In this document: positions 1 to 9,592 of the stretch, in pieces
Layout: each line of letters starts with the position of its first letter
How positions within the stretch are numbered: the first letter of the stretch is position 1
Assembly: GCA_963711835.1 (NCBI GenBank)
Contig: CAVQFQ010000004.1
Coordinates: 416,001-480,000, forward strand
Direction: 5' to 3'
Source of the DNA: an uncultured delta proteobacterium
GTDB taxonomy: Bacteria; Desulfobacterota; RBG-13-43-22
Length of the DNA: 64,000 nt
Made by a program: the position numbers and the translations under genes
Notes under the pieces: generated by a model
Databases searched by the model: none
The model's input: the letters and a program-made list of their open reading frames with translations, nothing else
Told to the model about the DNA's origin: nothing

Positions 1-2436
1 CAATTGGCCTTTGCCAAGGCCGGGGCTATTCAATGCGGTTTCTGCACGCCGGGCCTGATCGTTCGCTCAAAGGCCCTGCTCGATAAAAATCCGAGGCCCG
101 GCCGGGAAGAAATAGGTACCTTTCTCCAACCCCATCTTTGCCGTTGCACTGGCTATCAGAAGGTCTTCGAAGCCATCGAACTGGCGGCCGCAGTCCTGAG
201 GGGGGAAACCGGCCCGATTTCCCTCAAGACGGAAGGCGGTCTCATCGGCCAGCCGGTGGCCAGGATGGATGCCCTGCAAAAAGCCACCGGCACGGCCCTC
301 TATGCCGATGATATCGCTGTTGATGGCTGCTGCTTCCTGAAGGTCCTGAGGAGTCCTCATCCACACGCCCGAATTCTCAAAATAGACAAGGCGGAGGCCG
401 AACAGGCCCCCGGAGTGGTGGCGGTCTTCACGGCTGAGGATGTGGACGGAACCAATATCCTGAAGATGGCGGCGGACGACCAGCCGCTGCTTTGCCGGGA
501 CAAGGTCCGGTTTATCGGCGACCCCTTAGCCGCCGTGGTGGCGGCATCCGAGGGGGAGGCCTTGCGGGCCCTCGAGTTGATCGAGGTGTCCTACGAGCCG
601 CTCGAACCGGTGCTGACCCCCTGGGAGGCGCTCCGGGAGGGGGCCCCGAAGGTGCACGACGATCGGGATAACCTGTTCTTCCAACAACCGATTATCTTCG
701 GGGGCGGCGGGCAGGGTTTCCCGGAGACCGATTTTACAGTAGAGGCCCGCTATACCACCCAGACGGTTGATCATGCCTACCTGGAGCCGGATTCGGGGAT
801 CGCTTTCATCCATGAAAACGGACAACTGGTAATCCTATCGGGAAGCCAAAATATCCATGCTCACCGAAAAACAATCGCCGGAGCGATCGGGCTCCCCATC
901 GAACAGGTGCGGGTGATCCAACCGCCCATGGGAGGCGCCTTCGGTGGGCACCTTGATGTCTCCGTCGGCGGTCTGCTCGGCCTGGCCGCCTGGAAACTGA
1001 AGAGGCCGGTGAAACTGGTTTTCACCAGGGCCGAGACCTTTCAGGCTACGACCAAACGGCATCCCTTTTATCTGAACCTGAAAATCGGAGCCAATAAGGA
1101 CGGCACCTTTACCGGCCTCCAGGGTGAGGTGTTGGCCGATGGCGGGGCTTACCAGTCTTTTTCCAAAAGCGTCACCACCCGGGGCCTAGCCCACGCCAGC
1201 GGTCCCTATCGATTTCGTTGGGCGAATCTTCTGGGCCGAGCGGTTTACACGAACACCGCCATCCGGGGAGCCATGCGGGGATTCGGCGTACCCCAAACAA
1301 TTTTCGCCCTCGAATCGGCGGTGGATGAACTGGCCCTCCAAATGGGGATCGATCCGCTTGAACTGCGCCTTAAAAATGCCTTTGTCCCGGGGGATGTAAC
1401 CATCTGCGGGCAGACCCTGGCCGACGCCTTTGGGTTCCGGGAATGCCTGGAAACCCTGCAACCCCACTACCGGCGGGCCTTGGCGGAGGCGAAAAGCAAC
1501 GGAAACGCCGAGGTGAAACGCGGTGTCGGTCTTGCGGGCATTTGGTTCGGTCCCGGCCGCAGCGCCCCCGATCAATCCGAAGCCTGGGCCGAGCTGTTAC
1601 CGGATGACCGGCTTCAGGTTTGGATCGGTGCAGCCGATATGGGCCAGGGGGCGGAAACGCTATTCTGGCAGGTGGCCGCCGAGACCATGGGTTTCCCCCT
1701 CGAACGAGTCCAGGTGTGCACGACCGATACCCGCTTCACGCCTGACGGCAACTTTTCCGCGGGCAGCCGACAGACCTATGTATCGGGTCGGGCGGTCCAG
1801 ATGGCGGTCGAGGAACTGAAAAAAAACATGGAGGATAATGGGACCGCCGGTTATGAACAAATGAAGGCCAAGGGTTTGCCCACTCTCTTTAAAGCAGTCA
1901 ACCGGCCGGAAACCACGAAACTGGACCCCGAAGACGGCCGGGGAGTCCCCTGGGAGACCTACTCCTTCGGAGTCCAGATGGCGGAAGTGGCGGTGGAGGT
2001 GGAGACCGGCCGAGTAAAGGTGTTGAAGGTGACTTCGGTGAATGATCTGGGCACGGTAATCAACCGACAGATTGTGGAGGGGCAGATCGAGGGGGCCATC
2101 CTGATGGGACTGGGTTATGCCTTGACGGAGGAATTTGTTGACAACGTCACCGATAGTTTTGCCAAATTCCGGATACCGCGGGCCAAAGACACCCCCCTTA
2201 TGGAGGTGATCACCCTGAACATCCCGAGGAAGAAAGGTCCTTTCGGAGCTTCGGGCACGGCCGAATATGCCGATGCGCCCACGGCCCCGGCGATTATGAA
2301 CGCCGTCGCCAACGCCTGCGGGGCCCGAATCCGGGATCTGCCGGCAACTCCCGACAAGGTCAAGGCGGCCCTGAAGGGATCGAGGCTTTGGAGACCCGGT
2401 ATTATCCCATTAAGCGCTGAGAGGCCACGTTGTTAA
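1..2436 (+). CDS. Aldehyde oxidoreductase / xanthine dehydrogenase family molybdoprotein with N-terminal [2Fe-2S] domain (5'-truncated by window)
   Basis: QCGFCTPG...CRCTGY Fe-S motif; GGAFGG, AMRGFG and GQIEG molybdo-hydroxylase motifs; frame open from position 1. Confidence 0.9.
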   Translation, partial: QLAFAKAGAIQCGFCTPGLIVRSKALLDKNPRPGREEIGTFLQPHLCRCTGYQKVFEAIELAAAVLRGETGPISLKTEGGLIGQPVARMDALQKATGTALYADDIAVDGCCFLKVLRSPHPHARILKIDKAEAEQAPGVVAVFTAEDVDGTNILKMAADDQPLLCRDKVRFIGDPLAAVVAASEGEALRALELIEVSYEPLEPVLTPWEALREGAPKVHDDRDNLFFQQPIIFGGGGQGFPETDFTVEARYTTQTVDHAYLEPDSGIAFIHENGQLVILSGSQNIHAHRKTIAGAIGLPIEQVRVIQPPMGGAFGGHLDVSVGGLLGLAAWKLKRPVKLVFTRAETFQATTKRHPFYLNLKIGANKDGTFTGLQGEVLADGGAYQSFSKSVTTRGLAHASGPYRFRWANLLGRAVYTNTAIRGAMRGFGVPQTIFALESAVDELALQMGIDPLELRLKNAFVPGDVTICGQTLADAFGFRECLETLQPHYRRALAEAKSNGNAEVKRGVGLAGIWFGPGRSAPDQSEAWAELLPDDRLQVWIGAADMGQGAETLFWQVAAETMGFPLERVQVCTTDTRFTPDGNFSAGSRQTYVSGRAVQMAVEELKKNMEDNGTAGYEQMKAKGLPTLFKAVNRPETTKLDPEDGRGVPWETYSFGVQMAEVAVEVETGRVKVLKVTSVNDLGTVINRQIVEGQIEGAILMGLGYALTEEFVDNVTDSFAKFRIPRAKDTPLMEVITLNIPRKKGPFGASGTAEYADAPTAPAIMNAVANACGARIRDLPATPDKVKAALKGSRLWRPGIIPLSAERPRC

Positions 2437-3359
2437 TTAAACCTGATTGTCTTTCCTGCATTGTAAACATGGTCGTCATATCGATGAGAAAAATTTCTAC
2501 CCCGGATGACTTCCTTAAAAAATTGCTGCCCCCCATTTTAGAAATCTCCTCCCTTCGGGGTTTGAACTGGAATTTGACCAGTGCCGAGGTAGTGGAAGAG
2601 GTTATGAAAAAGATCACGGAAGCCGTCAATAACCCTGATCCCTTTTCTGATCTTAAATTTCAGCAAAACAACCAAGGCTTATCGCTTTACCCAAGATTAA
2701 AAAAAATGGTGGAAGAGGCCGCCGACCCTCTTCAGGCGGCTGTTCGGCTGGCTATCATCGGCAATTCGATAGACCTAATGGTGTTGGGTCAATGGTCGGA
2801 TTTTGAAAAATCTCCTTTCAGCGACGCAATGAGCCCAATTCCCAAGGAAGACTTTGTTCCTTTTCAGAAAAAAATAATCCAGACCCATCGGATAGTCTAT
2901 CTGGGAGACAATGCCGGTGAAATCATATTTGACCGGGTGCTCATAGAAACCCTCCAGGAGATGTATCAACCTGAAATTCTATTCGTAGCCCGGAGTGTCC
3001 CCACCTTAAATGATGTCACCTTGAAAGAGGTCCGCCAGGTGGGGCTGGATAAGATCGTTGAGGTTATTGAAAATGGTCTTGAGGGCCCAGTCCCCGGGAC
3101 GATATTATCCCGGTGTTCACCTGAATTGAGAAAAAGGATGGAGGAATCGGACTTAATCATCTCTAAGGGTGGAGGGAATTTTGATACCTTGGATGAAGAT
3201 AGACCTCTTCAAAAAGACATTGCTTTCATGTTAATGTCCAAATGTCTTCCCTATTGCCATCTCTTCCACAGTCAACTGAATCACCCCATACTGGCCAATT
3301 ATTTTTACACCAAGAAATTTTCCGATGCAACTGAGGATCAAAATATTAGACCTGCCTGA
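2430..3359 (+). CDS. DUF89/ARMT1-like damage-control phosphatase
   Basis: N-terminal CxxC, AIIGNSID, DNAGE, LNDVT and ISKGGGNF motifs; overlaps the upstream stop. Confidence 0.85.
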   Translation: MLIKPDCLSCIVNMVVISMRKISTPDDFLKKLLPPILEISSLRGLNWNLTSAEVVEEVMKKITEAVNNPDPFSDLKFQQNNQGLSLYPRLKKMVEEAADPLQAAVRLAIIGNSIDLMVLGQWSDFEKSPFSDAMSPIPKEDFVPFQKKIIQTHRIVYLGDNAGEIIFDRVLIETLQEMYQPEILFVARSVPTLNDVTLKEVRQVGLDKIVEVIENGLEGPVPGTILSRCSPELRKRMEESDLIISKGGGNFDTLDEDRPLQKDIAFMLMSKCLPYCHLFHSQLNHPILANYFYTKKFSDATEDQNIRPA

Positions 3360-3480
3360 GCTCGTTGAAATTTTCGGTCAGGGGTTTTTCCTTTTTTCCG
3401 GAAAACCCGTTTCAGAGGGGCAGGGTTATTTCTTTCTCAAAATAACTTGATTTTTTGGCCGGACATAACCATTATTTAAA

Positions 3481-3635
3481 AGAGAGCAGGCTTTCGAACA
3501 AGGTTTATAAAACTTTTGACCTCATTGCCAGGGAAGTCCGTCTGAGGCGGACCGCCGCTGGGGGGAGAAAGAACTGATTCCGGAGTCCTGCTTCAACGGG
3601 GCTGACAGTCGAGTCGGCAACCGGTGTTGCCAAGA
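3481..3635 (+). other. Putative structured 5' leader upstream of abfD
   Basis: GAGCAGGCTTTCGAA pairs imperfectly with TTCCGGAGTCCTGCTT and encloses two hairpins; followed by a GGCAAC-CGGT-GTTGCC hairpin; no known riboswitch recognised. Confidence 0.25.
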
Positions 3636-3668
3636 CAAACCAAAATGGATTGAGGGAGTGCAAAAAAC

Positions 3669-5126
3669 ATGAAGATAAAAACCGCCCAGGATTACCTGCA
3701 GAGTTTAAGAAAGCTCAATCACGTTGTCTATTATAAAGGTAAAAGGATTAAAGATGTAACCAGACATCCGGCCACCGCCCCTCATGTCCGGGCGGCGGCC
3801 ATGACCTATGCCTTGGTCAATGATCCCAAAACCAAAGACCTGGCCACGGCCACCTCCCACCTGACCGGGAAGACCATCAGCCGCTTTACTCATGTCCATC
3901 AAAATGTTGAAGATCTGATCAAAAAAGTAAAGCTGCTTCGGGTCCTGGGCCAGAAGACCGGCACCTGCTTTCAGCGCTGCGTCGGGTTGGACGGGATTAA
4001 TGCCGTTTATTCCGTGGCCTATGAGATTGATCAAAAATACAAGACCGACTATTTGGAGCGATTTAAAAAGTGGCTGACCTATATCCAGGAAGAAAATCTG
4101 ATGGTGGTCGGGGCCATGACCGATCCCAAGGGCGACCGCTCCAAAGGACCGGCCGAGCAATCCGATCCGGATCAGTATCTTCATGTGGTGGAACGACGGG
4201 AAGACGGGCTAGTCATCAAGGGGGCGAAATTGCACATGACCGGGGGGATTAACTCCCACGAGATCCTGGTCATGCCCACGACGGCCATGGATGCCAATTC
4301 CAAGGATTATGCCGTGATCTGTGCCGTACCGGCCAATGCCCCGGGGGTGACCATGATCTTCGGGCGCCAGGCCAGCGATGACCGCCGGGATAAGAAGGAA
4401 CGGATCGATTCCGGGAAGCCCACGTTCGGAGCCGTGGGCGGCGAAGCCGTCATCGCTTTCGAGAATGTTTTTGTGCCCTGGGATCGGGTCTTTATGAACG
4501 GAGAAACCGAATTCACCGGCGTCTTAGTTTATCGCTTTGCCGCCCATCACCGCGCCAATTACGGGGCCTGCAAGACCGGGCTGATTGATGTCCTGACCGG
4601 GGCGGTGGCTTATTTGACTCAGATTCAGGGAACGGGAAAGGCTTCCCATGTACGGGATAAGATCACCGAAATGATCCATCTTTCAGAAACCCTTTACAGT
4701 TCCTCCATCGCCTGCTCGGCCGAAGGCCTACCCACCCCCTCCGGGGCATACCTGGTGGATACCATGCTGGCCAATGTCTGCAAGCAGAATGTGACCCGCT
4801 TTCATTTCGAAGTAGCCCGCCTGGCTACGGATTTAGCCGGCGGCTTTTTAGCCACCCTGCCCAGTGAGTATGATCTGAAAAGTGAGGAGGTGGGGCACCT
4901 GGTGAGAAAATATTTCTCCGGGGTGGCGGATATCCCCACCGAGGACCGGATCAAGATCGGACGCCTGATCGAGGCCATGACCGGCGGCACCGCCCTGGTG
5001 GAATCCATGCACGGGGCCGGCTCCCCCCAGGCCCAGCGGGTGATGATCCTGCGGGAAGGGGATCTGGATAAAAAGGTGAAACTGGCCAAGGCCCTGGCCG
5101 GCATCCCGCCCAGCAGGTCAAAATAG
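3669..5126 (+). CDS. abfD: 4-hydroxybutyryl-CoA dehydratase / vinylacetyl-CoA isomerase
   Basis: CFQRCVG, MTDPKGDRS, HHRANYGACK and ESMHGAGSPQAQR motifs including the Fe-S Cys/His ligands. Confidence 0.85.
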   Translation: MKIKTAQDYLQSLRKLNHVVYYKGKRIKDVTRHPATAPHVRAAAMTYALVNDPKTKDLATATSHLTGKTISRFTHVHQNVEDLIKKVKLLRVLGQKTGTCFQRCVGLDGINAVYSVAYEIDQKYKTDYLERFKKWLTYIQEENLMVVGAMTDPKGDRSKGPAEQSDPDQYLHVVERREDGLVIKGAKLHMTGGINSHEILVMPTTAMDANSKDYAVICAVPANAPGVTMIFGRQASDDRRDKKERIDSGKPTFGAVGGEAVIAFENVFVPWDRVFMNGETEFTGVLVYRFAAHHRANYGACKTGLIDVLTGAVAYLTQIQGTGKASHVRDKITEMIHLSETLYSSSIACSAEGLPTPSGAYLVDTMLANVCKQNVTRFHFEVARLATDLAGGFLATLPSEYDLKSEEVGHLVRKYFSGVADIPTEDRIKIGRLIEAMTGGTALVESMHGAGSPQAQRVMILREGDLDKKVKLAKALAGIPPSRSK

Positions 5127-5175
5127 ACACCGGGGATTACTTTCTTATACCGAAGAAAGTCGGAAGAGAAAAGGC

Positions 5176-5928
5176 ATGATGTCCAATGAAATTTGGGTCC
5201 TGGCCGGGACGGCCGCCTCGCTGGGTTTTGTCCATACCCTGATCGGCCCGGACCACTACGTCCCCTTTATTGCCATGAGCCGGGCCCGCCGCTGGTCTCA
5301 TTCCAAAACAGTCATTATCTCATTTTTGTGCGGCCTTGGGCATGTATTCAGCTCGGTCATTTTGGGATTTATCGGGATTGCCCTCGGCCTGGCTGTCTCC
5401 CGGCTGGAGCAGTTCGAGTCGGCCCGGGGAGGAGTGGCGGCCTGGCTGCTGATCGGCTTCGGCTTGGCCTACTTTATCTGGGGTCTGCTTCGGGCCGTTA
5501 AAAACAGGAAGCACCACCATGCCCACCTCCATCCTGACGGGGAAGCGCACGAACACCCCCACGGCCATCAGGATGAACATGTCCACGTCCATGACCACCA
5601 AAAGGCTTCAGATCATAACCCGGGTCTCCGGCCCGAACCAAAAGCCAACATCACTCCCTGGATCTTATTCACGATCTTTGTCTTCGGCCCCTGCGAGGTA
5701 CTGATTCCCCTGGTCATGTATCCGGCGGCCAAGCACAACTTCTTGGGAGTGGTCGTAGTTACGGTCGCCTTCGGCCTGACCACGATCCTGACCATGCTGG
5801 CCGTCATTTCGGCCTCTTCCTGGGGAATGCGCTTCATCCGCCTGGGAAGGCTGGAATCTTATTCCCATGCCCTGGCCGGGGCGGTCATTCTCATCTGCGG
5901 ATTGAGCGTTCAATTCCTGGGGCTTTAA
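5176..5928 (+). CDS. UreH/NiCoT-like nickel/cobalt membrane transporter with His-rich loop
   Basis: HTLIGPDH, GLGH and GPCE motifs, His-rich loop, about 6 TM segments. Confidence 0.75.
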   Translation: MMSNEIWVLAGTAASLGFVHTLIGPDHYVPFIAMSRARRWSHSKTVIISFLCGLGHVFSSVILGFIGIALGLAVSRLEQFESARGGVAAWLLIGFGLAYFIWGLLRAVKNRKHHHAHLHPDGEAHEHPHGHQDEHVHVHDHQKASDHNPGLRPEPKANITPWILFTIFVFGPCEVLIPLVMYPAAKHNFLGVVVVTVAFGLTTILTMLAVISASSWGMRFIRLGRLESYSHALAGAVILICGLSVQFLGL

Positions 5929-6166
5929 GCTCCTCCCGAAAAAGCCGACCCGCGGGGAGAGGCCAAAAGCAACGCCTCCCTTCCATCGGGAAAGGGGCTT
6001 TTGCTCATCCTGATGATCCGAATAGTTTTCTCCGGGGCAGCGCCTCCCAAAAAACAATACCCGTCCGGGCTATTGCATAATCCACAAGCAATACCTATTT
6101 TTTATTTACATAACGGGAGGACGGGATAAAGGAAAATCTCCCCATAAAGCTCAGAAGGAGGAAAAC

Positions 6167-6970
6167 ATGAACAACCCATTGAAAATTATCACGTTTTTTA
6201 CCTTGCTGGTCGGCCTGACAGGATGGGTCGGCGCGGAGACTAATATCCAGGGAAAGACTGTGGAGTACGTGGCGCAGGGAGTCAAAATGCAGGGTTACCT
6301 GGCCTATGATGAGAGTCTCCAAAGTCGGCGTCCGGGGGTTGTGGTGGTTCATGAATGGTGGGGACTAAACGACTATGCCCGGAAGCGGGCCCATATGCTG
6401 GCCGAGCTTGGATATACAGCTCTGGCCCTGGATATGTACGGGGAAGGCAAAACAGCCCTGCACCCGGAAGAAGCCGGGAAATTCTCATCGGAGCTTATGA
6501 AAAATTTCGACGCGGCCAAGGCGCGTTTTTTGGCGGGGCTGGATTTCCTGAAACAGCAGCCGAGCGTAGATCCCAACCGGGTGGCAGCCATAGGGTATTG
6601 TTTCGGAGGGGGCGTGGTGCTCAATATGGCCCGGCAAGGGGTGGATATCAAGGGGGGTGCCAGTTTTCATGGAAATCTGACCGCAATCAAACCGGCCCTA
6701 CCCGGTTCCGTCAAGGCCAGAATCCTGGTCCTCCACGGAGAAGAGGACAAGTTCATCACACCCGGACAAATCCAAGGATTTAAGGATGAGATGAAGGCTG
6801 CCGGTGCCGATTTCCAATTCATCTCCTACCCGGGAGCGGTTCACAGCTTCACCAATCCCGAGGCCGACGAATTAGGCAAGAAGTATAAAATCCCGATCGG
6901 ATATAACGCCGCGGCTGACAAAAAATCCTGGGAGGCCTTGAAGGAATTTTTGAAAAAGATTTTTGAATAA
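6167..6970 (+). CDS. Dienelactone hydrolase family protein, exported
   Basis: Signal peptide, HEWWGLN, GYCFGG and HSFTN motifs; AGGAGG RBS. Confidence 0.9.
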   Translation: MNNPLKIITFFTLLVGLTGWVGAETNIQGKTVEYVAQGVKMQGYLAYDESLQSRRPGVVVVHEWWGLNDYARKRAHMLAELGYTALALDMYGEGKTALHPEEAGKFSSELMKNFDAAKARFLAGLDFLKQQPSVDPNRVAAIGYCFGGGVVLNMARQGVDIKGGASFHGNLTAIKPALPGSVKARILVLHGEEDKFITPGQIQGFKDEMKAAGADFQFISYPGAVHSFTNPEADELGKKYKIPIGYNAAADKKSWEALKEFLKKIFE

Positions 6971-6975
6971 TGAGT

Positions 6976-7007
6976 TCTCATCCGGAAAAGATCCTTTCCG
7001 GATGAGA
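6976..7007. terminator. Hairpin after the hydrolase gene, possible terminator
   Basis: TCTCATCCGGAAA / TTTCCGGATGAGA perfect 13-bp stem; no U-tract. Confidence 0.5.
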
Positions 7008-7083
7008 GCCTTCAGCCGTCAGATTCAGCTTTCATTTTAAAGCACACTTTAGTGGAGTATCCTGGTATTACCTTTACGAGGCT

Positions 7084-7111
7084 GTCATTCCGGGCTTGAC
7101 CCGGAATTCAG
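7084..7111. repeat. GTCATTCCGG-type short palindromic element
   Basis: GTCATTCCGGGCTTGACCCGGAATTC resembles widespread GTCATTCC...GGAATC intergenic palindromes; single copy here. Confidence 0.5.
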
Positions 7112-7167
7112 TATGTTATTGTTAGATTTCCGCTTTCCTCAACTTCTTTATTTGAAAGGAAGCCCCT

Positions 7168-7869
7168 ATGGCGAAAAAGAGAGTTCTTCCTTCCTGCGCA
7201 TCCTGTGAGGTGGTCATAAACAAAAAAGTCTGTTATACCCGTGAGGGGATCGGCTCTAAGGGCTGTCCGACCCTGACGGAAAAAAAGACCCTGGACGAAG
7301 CCAATCAGGAATATGAGGATCCCCGGACCCGGGAATTTGCCCGCCAGGCCTCCCTTCAGGAGGCCGCCTGCTATGCCAACCGCCACCAGCGGCCCTATGT
7401 CATGCAGCCGACCAAGACCCGAATCACGGAAATCTGCGAATTCGCCCAACGGATGGGCTACCGACGCCTGGGACTGGCCTTCTGTATCGGCCTGTCCAGG
7501 GAAGCCAGGACCGTTGAAGAGGTCTTCAAGGCCTACGGGTTTGAAGTGGTTTCGGTGCTTTGCAAAGCCGGCCGAACCCCCAAGGAAAAGATCGGAATCA
7601 GGGATGAGGAAAAGATCTACCAGGGTACGGACGAGGCTATGTGCAACCCGATCTATCAGGCCCGGATTCTTAATCAGGCCGAGACGGAATTGAATGTCCT
7701 TTTAGGGCTCTGCGTAGGACACGATTCTCTTTTCTTTAAATATGCCCAAGCCCCGTCAACAGTCCTGGCGGTCAAGGACCGCGTTACCGGGCACAACCCC
7801 CTGGCCGCCATCTATCAAAAAGACAGCTATTACCGAAAAATCACCCATCCTTCGGTCACCAAGGGATAA
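7168..7869 (+). CDS. DUF1847 putative metal-binding protein
   Basis: CxxC, GLAFCIGL, MCNPI, GLCVGHDSLF and KDRVTGHNP motifs. Confidence 0.85.
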   Translation: MAKKRVLPSCASCEVVINKKVCYTREGIGSKGCPTLTEKKTLDEANQEYEDPRTREFARQASLQEAACYANRHQRPYVMQPTKTRITEICEFAQRMGYRRLGLAFCIGLSREARTVEEVFKAYGFEVVSVLCKAGRTPKEKIGIRDEEKIYQGTDEAMCNPIYQARILNQAETELNVLLGLCVGHDSLFFKYAQAPSTVLAVKDRVTGHNPLAAIYQKDSYYRKITHPSVTKG

Positions 7870-7924
7870 ACCGGGTTTGGATTCGCGGGAGGGGTCGTTG
7901 ATCCGCCTTTCCCTGGCCGGCAAC

Positions 7925-8761
7925 CTACCGAACCTTTGGTTTAAAGGCCTGGACCTTCAAGCTGGCCACGGAATCAAAGCCAGCCTTCAATTGCTCGGGA
8001 GAAAGATTCAATTGCTCCATCACCTCCCGGCCCAGGGGATCATGCTGAAAAAGATCAAACGGCACCGGGGTTTCCTCCAAGACCTCCACCCTTTCAAATC
8101 CGGCGGCCTCGATGGCGGCCAGGTAATCTCCCCGCCTGACGGCCCCGGCCAAACAGGCCACATAGGCGCCCGCGGACTCCGAGACCGCCTGAGGCAAATC
8201 TCTAAGCCAGACCACGTCGGAGATCATGATCCGTCCCCCGGGTTTGAGGACCCGCCAGGCTTCCTGAAAAACCCTTCTTTTATCCGGCGCCAGATTGATT
8301 ACGCAATTGGAAATGATCAGATCCGCCGTATTATCGGCTGCCGGCAGGTTCTCGATTTCCCCAAGCCGGAACTCCACATTGTTAACCTCCCCTTTGCGGG
8401 CATTTTCCCGGGCCTTGGCGACCATCTCCGGAGTCATATCCACCCCGATCACCTTGCCCTGCTCCCCGACCTGCCTGGCGGCCAGAAAACAATCGAAGCC
8501 CGCCCCTGACCCGAGGTCTAAGACCACTTCCCCTTCTCTCAAAGAAGCCAGGGCCAGGGGATTGCCGCAACCCAACCCCAGGTTGGCTCCCTCCGGAACC
8601 GCCTGCAAATCCTCATCGGAGTAGCCCATCCGGCGGCTCAGATCCTCTGCCGTTGTCAGACTGCCGCAGCAGGAAGTATTGGGCAGACAACAGGACCCCC
8701 CCTGCCGGGCTATTTGGGCATACCCTTCCCGAACCACTTTTTTGACTTCCTCTTCCTTCAT
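7925..8761 (-). CDS. arsM: Arsenite S-adenosylmethionine methyltransferase
   Basis: N-terminal CC pairs, NLGLGCGNP, LDLGSGAGFD and ISNCVINL; AGGAGG RBS supports a start at 8767 or 8761 rather than 8797. Confidence 0.9.
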   Translation of the reverse strand: MKEEEVKKVVREGYAQIARQGGSCCLPNTSCCGSLTTAEDLSRRMGYSDEDLQAVPEGANLGLGCGNPLALASLREGEVVLDLGSGAGFDCFLAARQVGEQGKVIGVDMTPEMVAKARENARKGEVNNVEFRLGEIENLPAADNTADLIISNCVINLAPDKRRVFQEAWRVLKPGGRIMISDVVWLRDLPQAVSESAGAYVACLAGAVRRGDYLAAIEAAGFERVEVLEETPVPFDLFQHDPLGREVMEQLNLSPEQLKAGFDSVASLKVQAFKPKVR

Positions 8762-8785
8762 GCTCACCCCTCCTTTTTGTCTTTT

Positions 8786-9088
8786 GGTAACGTTCAACAG
8801 TTATGGCAATGGCGTATTATTGCCTGACTGGGGGACCGGGGGTCTCGATTTCAAGGTTGTCCGAAAGGGTATCCGCAGCCCCCAACCCGGCCCGAATTTC
8901 TAAGTTGGTTGGGAGCCGGGCATTCACCTAAGACGATAAATCGCTTTGGTGTTGGCCTGTTTCTAAATCCACTTATAACTTCCTGCCCGGGGTCAGGGTG
9001 CCGGCGTTTTGGCGGACAATCCTTGAAATCGAAACCCCCGATCCCTTTGGGTATCAGAAATAGTATGCCTCAACTTTTGAACGTTACT
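8786..9088 (-). mobile_element. MITE-like element, end type A, shared hairpin core
   Basis: TIRs GGTAACGTTCAACAGTT / AACTTTTGAACGTTACT; flanks TGTCTTTT / TTTCTTTT (7/8); core homologous to the 26.0, 39.0 and 39.6 kb copies. Confidence 0.85.
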
Positions 9089-9094
9089 TTTCTT

Positions 9095-9367
9095 TTAGTT
9101 CTTCTCTTTAAACTCCCGCACCATGGGCCCCAGGATATCCTTGGCCATCTCGGACAGCTCGTCGGCTTTGAGGAGAAACAGGCAGCAGACCTTGCCGTCT
9201 TTCTCCCAGCTCATCACCGCCAGCTTGTCGCCGGGTCGGATCTGGGCTTTTTCCCGGATCTCTTTGGGCAGGACCATCTGGCCCCGGTCATCGACACTGA
9301 CCAGGGATTCCATCCGGTAGCGGCCGGCCGTAGGGCTGCAACAGGGCTCCTTGCTTTTTCCAGCCAC
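9095..9367 (-). CDS. AbrB-fold protein of the HgcAB-associated (HgcC-like) type
   Basis: SVDDRGQMVLPKEIR...GDKL AbrB/SpoVT signature plus two CC pairs; GGAGG RBS and GTG start. Confidence 0.75.
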   Translation of the reverse strand: MAGKSKEPCCSPTAGRYRMESLVSVDDRGQMVLPKEIREKAQIRPGDKLAVMSWEKDGKVCCLFLLKADELSEMAKDILGPMVREFKEKN

Positions 9368-9404
9368 CGTATCACCTCCACTCTTTTATCAGAAAAATAT
9401 AATT

Positions 9405-9422
9405 AATCAGATTATTCTGATT
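9405..9422. promoter_or_regulatory. Palindromic operator upstream of the HgcC-like/arsM unit
   Basis: AATCAGA-TTAT-TCTGATT; minus-strand TTGACA at 9459-9454. Confidence 0.5.
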
Positions 9423-9592
9423 TATCTGTATATGTAAAACAGAGAAGAGGGTTTGTCAATAGGTTTTTACTTAAGTGTCTCCACCCGGAAATCACAGATT
9501 TTCGGATAAGCACAAATTAAATCTTTTCTTTTTTTTAGGAGTATTATAGGAATTAAAGTTGTCTCCAAAGAATCCCCCTGGGAGGAAAGATT

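Noticed and set aside
7742-8509. 255-aa plus-strand ORF
   Set aside because: Antisense shadow of arsM; the same applies to long shadow ORFs such as 27846-28808 and 50106-51137
8909-9406. ORFs overlapping the elements (also 39044-39374 and 39573-39959) as transposases or cargo peptides
   Set aside because: No DDE or HUH motifs, and frames are not conserved between copies
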